Shown here: piece by piece, positions 1 to 9,187 of the stretch | Layout: each line of letters opens with the position of its first letter | Position numbering within the stretch: position 1 is the first letter of the stretch | IMG/VR virus record: IMGVR_UViG_2909309443_000003 | Strand: one strand, 5' to 3' | Length of the DNA: 31,051 nucleotides | DNA from: a virus | Taxonomy: Duplodnaviria; Heunggongvirae; Uroviricota; Caudoviricetes | Program-made: the position numbers and the translations under genes | Notes under the pieces: model-generated | The model's database searches: none | Told to the model about the DNA's origin: nothing | What the model saw: only the letters and a program-made list of their open reading frames with translations

Positions 1-1170
1 TCACTCCTCATTTTCTTCTGAGCTGTACTCCACATCGGAGAGTTTAACCTCAAGCTCTAAGCCCGTCGTGAAACCGTTATTATTGAGGTTGTGGGTCACC
101 TTGCTGATTAACCATGCCTGCTCGTCTATGACGCGCTTAAAGCCTGACACGCGTACAGGCGTCTCAGGAAATAAATCCGCTCGCCCTAGCGCCAGTGTGA
201 TTGAAAACTCCGCAACGCCTCGCTGCAGTTTATCCCACTTAGCCTGAGCGGCGCGCATCGCCTGTGCCTTTGAGGCATAGACCGTCGTCAGCGCCAGCAC
301 GTTATCGGCTTCACCGGCCATGTACTCACCCTCACGTGCTTCCTGTTCTTTTTTGATCTTTGTCTTTTTGCTGACCGGCTTTGCTTTTGGGTGTTCCAGT
401 GCGCGCAGGTGCTTCTCTTTTGGCTTGCGTTTCAGCGTTACTTTCTGCTTTTGTGGCTTCGGGTCTTTGGTGTGCAACCATTTAGCAGTGACGCCGGTAT
501 AAGCCCCACGGTCGGCAATGGCAAACTGATGACGGTCACCATCACTGCGGGTCAGCGTCATTTGCGGGACGGGTTTGCCGCTGGCCGTCATCGCACTACC
601 GGCTTTCAGAAACAACAGTTTCCCTGCCTTCACCGATACCGTTGCCCCGTTGCGGTCAGCCAGTCGACTCAAAAATACCGCGTCGGATTCCTGCGACTGG
701 TCGATATGCGGTACCGGGATTTTTTTCAGCGATTCCGCAATGCTGGCCGTCAGTTTGTTGCGCTTTGCGATGGTACTGACCAGTTCGCCGATGGTGGTGT
801 CGTGCCATGACTCTTCACGCCTGGAATTTAGCGTGCCGCGAAAGTCCGCGCTGCGCGCCCGGATGGTCAGGGTATCAGGAGCCCCCCGGTGCTCAATCTC
901 ATCGACCGTAAAATCCCCCTTATTCAACAGCGCCGAACCCTGCCAGCCAAGCCACAACGTCAGCACTGCCCCGCGCAGGGGTAACTCGACTTTCCCATCG
1001 GTGTCATCGAGCTCAATGTCGAGCTGGTCAGCTTCAAAGCCCCTATTGTCCGTCATGGTAAGAGAAATCAGCCGGTCGCTGAAGTTGCTGGTAATGTCCT
1101 GACTGTTCAGCGTCAGCATAAAAGCCGGTGCAAGGCTGGCACCGGCGTCAATTGCCATCCCCGTTATCAT
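1..1170 (-). CDS. D: tail protein D (P2 gpD family)
   Basis: 389-aa ORF, ATG at 1170-1168, stop at 3-1. Translation (MITGMAIDAGASLAPAFMLTLNSQDITS...) is recognisably P2 gpD. Start overlaps the U stop (ATGA). Confidence 0.9.
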   Translation of the reverse strand: MITGMAIDAGASLAPAFMLTLNSQDITSNFSDRLISLTMTDNRGFEADQLDIELDDTDGKVELPLRGAVLTLWLGWQGSALLNKGDFTVDEIEHRGAPDTLTIRARSADFRGTLNSRREESWHDTTIGELVSTIAKRNKLTASIAESLKKIPVPHIDQSQESDAVFLSRLADRNGATVSVKAGKLLFLKAGSAMTASGKPVPQMTLTRSDGDRHQFAIADRGAYTGVTAKWLHTKDPKPQKQKVTLKRKPKEKHLRALEHPKAKPVSKKTKIKKEQEAREGEYMAGEADNVLALTTVYASKAQAMRAAQAKWDKLQRGVAEFSITLALGRADLFPETPVRVSGFKRVIDEQAWLISKVTHNLNNNGFTTGLELEVKLSDVEYSSEENEE

Positions 1171-1652
1171 TCAGTGAAACCTCCGGGCATACCCTGCAGT
1201 TTATCTGTCAAATTACCGGCAGAGCCGAGAAGCTCACTGGCCTGTTTATTCATGTCACCAAACATCTCTGTCAGCGATTCATCAACCCGTTTTAGCGAAA
1301 GCGTGAAATCAATCTTTCTGGCCGCACCATCACTGAAAAACTCGGTGCGTGTAGTCGATACTTTATCGACGATATACATCCCGAGGATATTTCCGGTTCC
1401 CTCTATCAACGGCCACGCTCTGCCTTCATTGGCCATCACCTCTACAGCCTTTAGTGAGATCCAACCGCCAGTGATAGCGGGGTATAGCGTACCAGCAAGC
1501 TGTATCGAAGTTTCCCCCTCGCCAAGAAACTGATAGGCAGGTGGTTTACCCACCCGGTCATTGGATACCCAGCGATAATCTTTCGAATGCTGCATCGACT
1601 GGTAAGGCAGGGTGCGAAGTTCAAACACAAACATTCCGAGAGCAAGCATCAT
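1167..1652 (-). CDS. U: tail protein U (P2 gpU family)
   Basis: 161-aa ORF between T and D in the conserved order T-U-D; stop overlaps the D start. Confidence 0.85.
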   Translation of the reverse strand: MMLALGMFVFELRTLPYQSMQHSKDYRWVSNDRVGKPPAYQFLGEGETSIQLAGTLYPAITGGWISLKAVEVMANEGRAWPLIEGTGNILGMYIVDKVSTTRTEFFSDGAARKIDFTLSLKRVDESLTEMFGDMNKQASELLGSAGNLTDKLQGMPGGFTE

Positions 1653-1665
1653 CGTTTAATCCCCC

Positions 1666-4110
1666 TCAATAGTCGTGGGTCATGTTGGCACGCTGGCGGG
1701 CGCGTTTATCGCGCTCAATCTGTTCGAGCGTGTCGCGTAGTTGTCTGTCAAGCTGATGCCCCTGCGCAACACCTCCCGGCAGATTGATGTTGTATTCGCT
1801 TTTGCTCTGGTCAATGTAAGAGCGCCCCGCCGGTGCGGTAACTGGCTGATAAGCCTGATAGCCGCCATATGTGCTGGTTGCCGGGATGTAGGAATTACCC
1901 TGTGTGGCGGCATTGGTTTTGGCGGCGGTCTGGTCGAGGCTGTCCGACTCTTTGTTGATGATGCCGAGCTTTTCGAGAAGCCAGTCGACACCGCTGCGCA
2001 GCTTGTTAAAAACATTGAGCGGAGCCATCAAGGCAGAGGCCAGTGCCTGACCAAATATGACGCCGACATTTTTGCAGCTATCAAGCGTTTCCTGCGTGGC
2101 CTTAACCGGTGCTATCAGGTCTTTAAACCACTGCCAGACGCCGCGCAGTTTCTCGCCGAGACCATCAAAAATGGGAGCCAGTGGAGCGAACATTTCCCCG
2201 ACTGGGGCAAAGGCACTCATGATGCCCTCAATCACTCCCGAGAAAAATGCGCTGATGGGCTCCCAATATTTACGGATGAGTAGCGCCCCCGCCACAATCG
2301 CCGCACCGACGGCCACTATCGGCCAGGTAATCGCACCGAGCGCTGTCGCAATGGCACTACCGACGACAGTAAAGACCGTACCCAGCATGCCAGCAGCGGC
2401 GATAATGGCATTAATCCCCATGACAACCGGCCACGCAACGAGACCAATGCCGCCGATGATACCAATCAGCGCCAGCGCACCACCGGCAATAATCCCGATA
2501 GTTGTCGTCAGCCCTTTGTTTTTCTGGATCCAGCCGTCGAGCTTCAACACGTATTGTGTGGCGGTTTGGGTGAGTTTGCGCAGCGAGCCCTCTTGCTGGT
2601 CAAAAAGGTCGGTACCGACAGCCTCATAAGCAGACTGGAACTCTTTAAAATCACCGCCGAGGTTGTCCTGCATAATTTTAACAAGCTCTGCGGTTTTTCC
2701 GTCTGAGGCTTTCAGGGTGGAGGTTAGCTGGTCAAGTTTGCCGGTTGAGGCGGCAGTCATGAGCACCGCCGCCGCCGAACTGGCTTCCTCACCGAATATC
2801 GTTTTCATGTATTCGGCTTGTTGACCGGTGCCGAGATTGTTACGCTCAAAACTGGCCTGCATTTCCTTGAGGATGGTAAAAATCGGGCGCGTGTTGCCTT
2901 TACTGTCGGAAGTTTTGACACCCAGCTCCTTAAGCGCATCCCACGCTTTACCGGTCGGAGCCTGCAGGCGGCTTAAAACCGCACGGCTCCCGGTGCCGGC
3001 CATCGAGCCGGTGATTTTGGCGTCATGCAGGGCGCCCACCATTGCGGCAGTTTCTTCAATGCTGACACCGGCATTTTTCGCCACCGGCGCGGCGTAGGTC
3101 AGCGCATCGCTCAGCCCGTCGAAATCGGCAGCAGTTTTATTCATCACCGTCGACAGAACGTCGCCAATGTGCGCCACCTTGTCATTGGAAAGCTGAAACG
3201 CAGAGCGCATCCCCATCAGTAATGCGGCGTTTTCTTCCATCGTGCGACGGTTGGCAAGCGCCATATTGAGGGTGACCGGTGTCGTCGCCTGAATGGCTGC
3301 CGCATCGCCGCCCCCTTTGGCGATAATAATCTGCGCACTGGCTGCATCATCAGCAGAAGCGGCTGTATTGTCACCGAGCTGGCGCGCCTGTTTGCGTAAC
3401 GACTGCATTTCTGGCGACTGCTTATCGACCCCGAGCACAGCCTGCAGCTCGGAGTTTTTTTGCGCAAAGTCATAACCGGGTATCAGCAATTTAACCCCGG
3501 CCATCGTTCCCGCTGTCGCAATACCGACCCCGGCAGCACCTGCAGCGGCCATGTTACCGGCAAGCTCCTTACCCGATTTATATCGCTCTTTCACTCGGTT
3601 TAGGTGCGCCTGCTGTGCGCTGACCTTCGCCAATGCTTCACGCTGCCGGTTGAGCTGCGCCGTCGTCTCGCTGATGCGTGTTTTAAGCCCCCGCTCATCG
3701 TTTGCCAGATTGCGGGTATTGATACCGGCGGCACCCAGCTCGCGTTGTTGGCGTTTAACCGACTCGGTGAGGCTGTTGTATTTAACCTGCAGCCCCTCGG
3801 CGGCACGTTTTGCGGATTCGAGCACCTGTGCCTGCGCTCGCGTCGGGCGCTCAGTATTTTTGAATTGCGTGGCAAGCGCTTCAGCCTCGCGCTTTGCCTT
3901 CTCCAGCGACTGGCCGGTTACGGCCAGTTGAGCGCTGGTTTTGCGAAAGCCGTCGATTTTCGCGGCCTGCCCGTTCAGGTCACGCAGCCCTTTTTGTGTG
4001 TCGCGAATATCGCCCGACAGGGTTTTACTCGCGGTCTGGATGGATTTAAGCGGTCGGGTCGCCTGGTCGACCGCTTTCAGCAAAACCTCAAGTCTCAGGT
4101 TATTACTCAT
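1666..4110 (-). CDS. T: tail tape measure protein (P2 gpT family)
   Basis: 814-aa ORF with a coiled-coil-like N-terminal part and a Gly/Ala-rich hydrophobic central block typical of tape measure proteins; sits downstream of E/E'. Confidence 0.9.
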   Translation of the reverse strand: MSNNLRLEVLLKAVDQATRPLKSIQTASKTLSGDIRDTQKGLRDLNGQAAKIDGFRKTSAQLAVTGQSLEKAKREAEALATQFKNTERPTRAQAQVLESAKRAAEGLQVKYNSLTESVKRQQRELGAAGINTRNLANDERGLKTRISETTAQLNRQREALAKVSAQQAHLNRVKERYKSGKELAGNMAAAGAAGVGIATAGTMAGVKLLIPGYDFAQKNSELQAVLGVDKQSPEMQSLRKQARQLGDNTAASADDAASAQIIIAKGGGDAAAIQATTPVTLNMALANRRTMEENAALLMGMRSAFQLSNDKVAHIGDVLSTVMNKTAADFDGLSDALTYAAPVAKNAGVSIEETAAMVGALHDAKITGSMAGTGSRAVLSRLQAPTGKAWDALKELGVKTSDSKGNTRPIFTILKEMQASFERNNLGTGQQAEYMKTIFGEEASSAAAVLMTAASTGKLDQLTSTLKASDGKTAELVKIMQDNLGGDFKEFQSAYEAVGTDLFDQQEGSLRKLTQTATQYVLKLDGWIQKNKGLTTTIGIIAGGALALIGIIGGIGLVAWPVVMGINAIIAAAGMLGTVFTVVGSAIATALGAITWPIVAVGAAIVAGALLIRKYWEPISAFFSGVIEGIMSAFAPVGEMFAPLAPIFDGLGEKLRGVWQWFKDLIAPVKATQETLDSCKNVGVIFGQALASALMAPLNVFNKLRSGVDWLLEKLGIINKESDSLDQTAAKTNAATQGNSYIPATSTYGGYQAYQPVTAPAGRSYIDQSKSEYNINLPGGVAQGHQLDRQLRDTLEQIERDKRARQRANMTHDY

Positions 4111-4590
4111 TGTGGTGTCCGCTACGCTGCAGCGCCTTTTCGCGCCATGTGATGAGCTCGGTCAGGCTCAGGGAATAGAGCTCTGATAGCGGCCAGTGGA
4201 ATATCACCGCGATATCCGCCATCAGGTCATCGGTCGACAGGTCGGGCGGGAAATCTACTCCGCCGAAGCCGGTGACAAAAAACCAATCACCTTAGCGGCC
4301 AGCGACAGCATATCGGGCAGGTTCATTGCGGTAAGCTCCTGCGCCGTAAGCGCGGGGTAGGTCATGCGTGGCAATACCTTAATCAGCGCATCGACTTCGG
4401 ACTGCGCCACCGCTGCCAGACTGACACCGCGCAGGGTACCGGCGTTCGGCTCAATCAGTGTGACTTTATCAATCGTCTGACCGGCGCGCTTAATCGGCTT
4501 GTCGAGGGTCACGACGTTCGGGTTTACGGTGTCAGTTTCATTGCCAGCCATATCAACAAATTCAGCGGTTTTACGTGGTGCTTTTGCCAT
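4103..4590 (-). CDS. E+E': E+E' tail chaperone made by programmed -1 frameshift
   Basis: Hand translation: after slipping on GGT TTT TTG the -1 frame reads VTGFGGVDFPPDLSTDDLMADIAVIFHWPLSELYSLSLTELITWREKALQRSGHHNE and stops at 4105-4103, overlapping the T start codon at 4110. Confidence 0.8.
4255..4590 (-). CDS. E: tail assembly chaperone E (P2 gpE family)
   Basis: 111-aa ORF (MAKAPRKTAEFVDMAGNETDTV...) directly upstream of T; ends GFLSPASAE with a slippery heptamer at the 3' end. Confidence 0.9.
   Translation of the reverse strand: MAKAPRKTAEFVDMAGNETDTVNPNVVTLDKPIKRAGQTIDKVTLIEPNAGTLRGVSLAAVAQSEVDALIKVLPRMTYPALTAQELTAMNLPDMLSLAAKVIGFLSPASAE
4276..4282 (-). promoter_or_regulatory. T6G slippery heptamer (TTTTTTG in mRNA) for the E to E+E' frameshift
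   Basis: Plus strand CAAAAAA at 4276-4282 gives T TTT TTG on the minus-strand mRNA in the E frame, the slippery motif I recall for the P2 E/E' frameshift. Confidence 0.75.
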
Positions 4591-4653
4591 GATGTTTTTC
4601 TCTGCTCTGAATGGGGATTAATAACAGGCCAGCAGTGCTGACCGGTCAGGGAA

Positions 4654-5172
4654 TTACAGCCCGATTGCGCGGCGGTGCTGTTCCAGACGGTCGACGCCGT
4701 TCACCTTCTCAACCATGTTGACGGTATCGATTTCGATGACGTCGCTACCATCAATCGTGAGGCGGTAATAGGTGCATACGGTCGACAGTTTGGTCGAGGT
4801 GTTTTCACCCTGCTTATTCTCGCCGCCGTCGATTTCTTTATGACGGCCACGCATGACCACCTCGACCGCCACGATTTCGCCAGTGTCGTCACGTTGGTAA
4901 GAGCCAGCAAAACGCAACGGCACAGCGTCAGCACCCGGCGCGGCGTACTGCGCCCACAGCGCCACATCAGGCAGGCCACCGACAGACCATTCGACGGTGA
5001 GCGCATCATCGTCGAGACCAAGGTCAATCGCCGCCGCGCCATTCATGCCGCCGCCGCGATAGTTTTCGAGCTTGCGGGTCAGCTTCGGCAGCGTCACGGA
5101 TTCAACAACGCCCATGTAGCTAAGGCCGTCATTGAACATGTTCAGATATTTAAGTTTGCGGGGTAGTGCCAT
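4654..5172 (-). CDS. FII: tail tube protein (P2 gpFII family)
   Basis: 172-aa ORF (MALPRKLKYLNMFNDGLSYMGVVESVTLPKL...) immediately downstream of FI; recognisable FII sequence. Confidence 0.9.
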   Translation of the reverse strand: MALPRKLKYLNMFNDGLSYMGVVESVTLPKLTRKLENYRGGGMNGAAAIDLGLDDDALTVEWSVGGLPDVALWAQYAAPGADAVPLRFAGSYQRDDTGEIVAVEVVMRGRHKEIDGGENKQGENTSTKLSTVCTYYRLTIDGSDVIEIDTVNMVEKVNGVDRLEQHRRAIGL

Positions 5173-5187
5173 GTTGTTTCAGGCTCC

Positions 5188-6366
5188 TTAGCTGTTGACC
5201 GATTCGGCCAGATTCACCAGATATTTATCGGTGATACGCTGGCGCAGGGTCAGGCTTTCCAGTGGTGGAACCGGTGTATAGTCGTAGTCGATATACAGTT
5301 TCCCGGCCTTGAGGGTTTCCTTATCGTTCGATTCCTCGTCGAACCAGCATTCACCGTCCACGATGTAGCCGTTTGATTTCAGCTCGCGGAATTTGGCGTT
5401 AATGCCGTCGACAATGTCACGGATAAGTGATGCGGTGATGGGCTTATCGACCGCCCACATGTGCGCCTCGGCCATCGTGTCGGCCAGCACCTGCGCGGTG
5501 CGGGTGTAGTTCTCAAACAGGAAAAGCGGGTCATCAGAGCAGGTGCGGTTACCCCAAAAGCGGAAGCCATCCTTACGCACCAGTGTCGTGACCCCGGCCT
5601 CGTTGAGCAGATCAGCATCGGTGCCGGATGCCTGCAAATCCCAAAACACTGACGCACTGATGCCGGTAACACCCTGCACGCCGACGTTAGACAGGGTTTT
5701 GTGCCAGCCGACGGTCTGGTCGATATAGGCACGCAGGCCGAGTGCGCGCGCAGTTGCGTATGCCGGTGCGGTGGCGTTTGTGGTGGTATCCCATGCAAGG
5801 AAATCAGGCCAGATGACCATCAGCTCGCGCTGGCTGAAATTCTCGCGATAGGCCATCGCCTCGGAAATGGTTTTACAACCCCATGCGCTGATATAGCCAA
5901 AGGCGCGCAGGCTGATACAGACCGAAGCAAGTGCGACTGCGACCTCTTTGGTATCGAGACCCGGCACGCCGAGAATGCGCGGCTTAACGCCGGTGACTGC
6001 TTCGGCAGTCAACAGCGCCTTGATGCCGGTATATTTACCGTTCTCATCCGTGCCGCCGATGATATTGGAAATGGTCTGCGCTTCGGCGTCTTCTCCGGTA
6101 CCTTCGGCAACACGCACGACAACTGTGACAGGTTTTGACTGGTCGGCGATGGCCTGCAGGGACGCGGCCAGCGTGCCTTTTTTACCGGCTTTCGCAATGG
6201 CGCTTTGCACATTGGTAATCAGTACCGGCTCGTTGAGGGGAAAGGTTGCCGCATCCGCATCGCTGGCTGTACAGACCATGCCGACGATTGCGGTTGCAAC
6301 AGTGGAAATGACGCGGGTGCCGTCGTTAATCTCAAGCACCTGCACGCCGTGGTGAAAATCACTCAT
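5188..6366 (-). CDS. FI: contractile tail sheath protein (P2 gpFI family)
   Basis: Track ORF 5188-6393 trimmed to the ATG at 6366 (MSDFHHGVQVLEINDGTRVISTV...), which has GGAG about 10 nt upstream; 392 aa. Confidence 0.9.
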   Translation of the reverse strand: MSDFHHGVQVLEINDGTRVISTVATAIVGMVCTASDADAATFPLNEPVLITNVQSAIAKAGKKGTLAASLQAIADQSKPVTVVVRVAEGTGEDAEAQTISNIIGGTDENGKYTGIKALLTAEAVTGVKPRILGVPGLDTKEVAVALASVCISLRAFGYISAWGCKTISEAMAYRENFSQRELMVIWPDFLAWDTTTNATAPAYATARALGLRAYIDQTVGWHKTLSNVGVQGVTGISASVFWDLQASGTDADLLNEAGVTTLVRKDGFRFWGNRTCSDDPLFLFENYTRTAQVLADTMAEAHMWAVDKPITASLIRDIVDGINAKFRELKSNGYIVDGECWFDEESNDKETLKAGKLYIDYDYTPVPPLESLTLRQRITDKYLVNLAESVNS

Positions 6367-6424
6367 CCGGTTAACTCCGTGGTTAGTGGGCAAGTGTTAT
6401 TGTCCTGGCTGGTCTGTTGAGGGG

Positions 6425-6706
6425 CTATTTGTCAGTGTTGGGCGATGTCTGACACATTGAGACATCAGCAACGGATGCGGGAAATTTTTTGTATAGCGTT
6501 GAGATACCCGAGGCGATCCAGTTTCCAGACCACAAGCGTATCGCCCTCTGACAAGGTTCTGAGTAACCTCTTTAGCCCGGCCAGTCTGATGTTTTGCCGC
6601 TGATTTTATCTTCGAAAATCAGCTCACATCCTGCGCACTCCAGTTCATTTCGCTGTAATGCGGTGTTCTGGTCATTTGTTGATACACGTACATAACCGAT
6701 AAACAT
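6425..6706 (-). pseudogene. Gin/Hin/Pin-type serine DNA invertase remnant (frameshift plus internal deletion)
   Basis: Hand translation of the minus strand: ATG at 6706 gives MFIGYVRVSTNDQNTALQRNELECAGCELIFEDKISGK, then a stop. The GDTLVVWKLDRLG motif continues in another frame, then jumps straight to the C-terminal GISTLYKKFPAS in a third frame. Only about 280 bp remain of an expected 570 bp or so. Confidence 0.8.
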
Positions 6707-6760
6707 GAGAAATAACCCGGTAAAAAGTCGGGATCATGCCAGCTGAACGGAATATCTGCG

Positions 6761-6786
6761 TTTTCTAAAAGGTTGGTTTGGGGGAA
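6761..6786. repeat. hix/gix-like inversion crossover site (right boundary of invertible segment)
   Basis: TTTTCTAAAAGGTTGGTTTGGGGGAA is an inverted copy of 8567-8592 (20/26 identical, 13 of the last 14) and resembles the 26-bp hix/gix sites as I recall them. Confidence 0.7.
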
Positions 6787-7122
6787 TTGGCTCTGGCTGG
6801 CGCAACAACCGGCGCTATGTTGGTGAATGGGTATGTAGCAATTCCATTAATTATTTCTGGCGTTCGGAGACCACTTATTATCCAGTGGGGAGTGGGGCAG
6901 TTTGGGGGAAGTCTGGGGGATGATGCGGGATATTTAAACAATTTCCCTTTCGCTTTTCCGTCGGCGTGCTACGTGATGGTTGCCAGCCACGTGGGGCATA
7001 CACCTTCGGGTGCCGGAATACTATCTGCTTCCGCAATCACAAAAAGCGGCTTTCGTGGTTTTTCCAGCGTAGCGACTGCCGCAAATCCTGTATCGGGCTG
7101 TTATGTTGCTATAGGAGGGTGA
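6769..7122 (+). CDS. alternative tail-fibre C-terminal segment Hv' (silent orientation, no own start)
   Basis: Open frame from 6769 reads KVGLGELALAGATTG..., beginning with the same K-x-L-G-L-G-E junction encoded at the H crossover site; followed by its own assembly gene. Would fuse to the constant part of H after inversion. Confidence 0.65.
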   Translation, partial: KVGLGELALAGATTGAMLVNGYVAIPLIISGVRRPLIIQWGVGQFGGSLGDDAGYLNNFPFAFPSACYVMVASHVGHTPSGAGILSASAITKSGFRGFSSVATAANPVSGCYVAIGG

Positions 7123-7123
7123 T

Positions 7124-7558
7124 GTGTTTTTTAGTCCATCTTTAAATATTTTTGTGAATCCTGCGCTTAAGGATGACTACATCAATGTAAATTCATGGCC
7201 AGATGATGCTGTTGAAGTTGATGAGCAGGTGTATATTGAGTTTTCCGGATTACCGCCGAAAGGAAAAATCCGTATCGCTGGGGAAAATGGTTTTCCTGCA
7301 TGGTCTGAAATTCCACCACCAACGCATGAGGAACAGATTGCCGCAGCCGAATTGAAAAAACAGCAATTGATTAATCAGTCCAACGAATATATGAATACCA
7401 AGCAATGGCCTGGTAAAGCGGCTATTGGTCGTCTGAAAGGTGAGGAACTGGCGCAATATAATTTGTGGCTGGATTATCTGGACGCACTGGAACTGGTTGA
7501 TACCTCCAGTGCTCCAGATATTGAATGGCCTACGCCTCCGGCAGTTCAGGCCAGATGA
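7124..7558 (+). CDS. tail fibre assembly protein, alternative copy (Tfa')
   Basis: 144-aa ORF whose C-terminal motif (LWLDYLDALELVDTSSAPDIEWPTPP) parallels that of the minus-strand gene G; the two converge and overlap at their 3' ends. Confidence 0.75.
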   Translation: MFFSPSLNIFVNPALKDDYINVNSWPDDAVEVDEQVYIEFSGLPPKGKIRIAGENGFPAWSEIPPPTHEEQIAAAELKKQQLINQSNEYMNTKQWPGKAAIGRLKGEELAQYNLWLDYLDALELVDTSSAPDIEWPTPPAVQAR

Positions 7559-8123
7559 CATCCGGCGCGGTGCTCGTATCTGTTGCCGTCACCGCGTCAA
7601 TGTAATCAAGCACGGCGTTAAGCCGGGTGGTTTCTGCCTGCGTCAGCTTCCGCCCGGCCTGTAATTTCAGCTGAATCAGACTGATGGAAGCCATTGCAGC
7701 ATCAATCAGTGACTGGCGCTGTGCTTCTGCCGCTTCTACTGCGGCACCGTGTTGTGCCTCAGTATCTGTCACCCATTTCTCACCATCCCATTTATCATAT
7801 GGCGTTAACGGTGAAAGCGTGACATAACCGTTTTTGATGGCACCGATATAATCCACTGTAACAGCAGCACCATTTTCGATTGAGTAAACAGTCTCATTGC
7901 GATGGTCTTCTTCATGGCTCCATCCCTTACCTGTAAATACTGCCACTCTTCCCGGAATGTTTTCGCCAGGGTCAATACCAGTGGAACAGGCGGGCATACT
8001 TACGCCAGTATTAATATATTCATCAGACCAGCCCGTATACTCAGATGTTTCAGCATCATAATAAAAACAACGCATATCGCCCGGCACTGTAGCCAGCCCA
8101 TTTTCATCAAAAACAGGTTTCAT
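7530..8123 (-). CDS. G: tail fibre assembly protein (P2 gpG family)
   Basis: 197-aa ORF immediately downstream of H; C-terminal AVLDYIDAVTATDTSTAPDVIWPELP motif. Confidence 0.85.
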   Translation of the reverse strand: MKPVFDENGLATVPGDMRCFYYDAETSEYTGWSDEYINTGVSMPACSTGIDPGENIPGRVAVFTGKGWSHEEDHRNETVYSIENGAAVTVDYIGAIKNGYVTLSPLTPYDKWDGEKWVTDTEAQHGAAVEAAEAQRQSLIDAAMASISLIQLKLQAGRKLTQAETTRLNAVLDYIDAVTATDTSTAPDVIWPELPEA

Positions 8124-9187
8124 TATTTAGCCCTCACCAGAAAGTTAAATGCAATATTTCGCGGTCTGACAGCAACAAAATTCACACCATCACCCACAGA
8201 GTTACTGGTGAAATTAAATCGTGAAAATCCTGGCTGATTTCCGGCGATGCCATCATGAAAGTTAATTGCGTGTCCCGCACCTCCGCCTATATTCCCGGCA
8301 AACTGAGAAAAGTTTGTAGCTTCCTGCCAGCTTAATAATTCGCGACCACCATCGGCACCTCGCCCGTCATCCCAGATACGAATGAAATCACCGCGGGCTT
8401 CAGGTAATACCAGTGAAGGAAACACTTTCGCCAGCACAGGGTAATCAGAGGCAGAAAATTTCGCCCCGTTGAACTTCAAAAACACCATACTGGACCAGCT
8501 GTCGATTACAGTATTTGGCATTGCAGCGGACGGCCAGAAGAACGGAACGCCAATAGCTGGAGCACCTTCTCCCAAACCAAGGTTTTTAAGAACGTCGCCG
8601 GCCAGTCCCGCGTCAACCATTTCTTTCAGAGCATTAGCGATTAACGGGTACTGCTTGTGTGGATTGGCGGCCTCAACATGTTTTTTCATCAGGTCATCAG
8701 CATATCCTTTCACCTCGATAATCTTGTCGTCGACATACTGGCGCGTTGCCAGCACGACTGCCGGGTCGATTTTCAGGGTGATTGCCGATGTGCTCGACAC
8801 AATCAGAATCATGCGAATGGTCTGCGTGCGACCGCTTCCCTCCTGCAGTTGTGGCTTGTAGGTCTCCGGACAGTTCGCCACGGCAATCAGAATACCATCA
8901 TCGTCATAGAGACCAATCTCGCGGATCCAGAAACCACCTTCATTCTCGGGAATAATCTGTTCCGCGATAATCTGACTGGTATTGGCCGGGTCAACGGTCA
9001 GCAGGTTCAGCGGCGCGATGCGTTTCTGGTTAATGAGCTTCGTCTGCGCCGGGTCAGGGGTCGGCAACGTACCATTCGCATCACCGACGGCCATCTGCGT
9101 CAGGTTGAGTTTGGTACCGAGTGCCGCCGCGTTCGCCAGCCGCGCCGCGCCCTGATTGGTCAGAATGGCAAAATATTTTGCGGTCAT
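8123..9187 (-). CDS. H: tail fibre protein (P2 gpH family)
   Basis: 354-aa ORF; the N-terminal part (MAVGD..., GGFW.RE.GLYDD.G.LIAVAN, YKP.L.EGSGR, DDKI) matches the conserved P2 H N-terminus; the C-terminal 147 aa lie inside the invertible segment. Confidence 0.85.
   Translation of the reverse strand: MTAKYFAILTNQGAARLANAAALGTKLNLTQMAVGDANGTLPTPDPAQTKLINQKRIAPLNLLTVDPANTSQIIAEQIIPENEGGFWIREIGLYDDDGILIAVANCPETYKPQLQEGSGRTQTIRMILIVSSTSAITLKIDPAVVLATRQYVDDKIIEVKGYADDLMKKHVEAANPHKQYPLIANALKEMVDAGLAGDVLKNLGLGEGAPAIGVPFFWPSAAMPNTVIDSWSSMVFLKFNGAKFSASDYPVLAKVFPSLVLPEARGDFIRIWDDGRGADGGRELLSWQEATNFSQFAGNIGGGAGHAINFHDGIAGNQPGFSRFNFTSNSVGDGVNFVAVRPRNIAFNFLVRAK
8567..8592. repeat. hix/gix-like inversion crossover site inside H (left boundary of invertible segment)
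   Basis: TTCTCCCAAACCAAGGTTTTTAAGAA is close to the hixL consensus as I recall it (TTCTTGAAAACCAAGGTTTTTGATAA). It encodes VLKNLGLGEG of H on the minus strand, at the constant/variable junction. Confidence 0.75.

Larger units (their letters stand above)
6761..8592. other. invertible tail-fibre host-range segment (Mu G-segment-like)
   Basis: The inverted crossover sites bracket two convergent tail-fibre-assembly genes plus two alternative fibre C-terminal segments (Hv on minus, Hv' on plus). Confidence 0.75.

Noticed and set aside
2057-2629. 190-aa plus-strand ORF (and several others) antisense within the tape measure gene T
   Set aside because: Overlaps the 814-aa T gene on the other strand; Ala/Pro/Ser-rich translation from GC-rich antisense, no independent signals.
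6367-6393. Nine extra N-terminal codons on the FI ORF (MPTNHGVNR)
   Set aside because: The ATG at 6366 begins the conserved sheath N-terminus MSDFHHGVQVLE and has an upstream GGAG.
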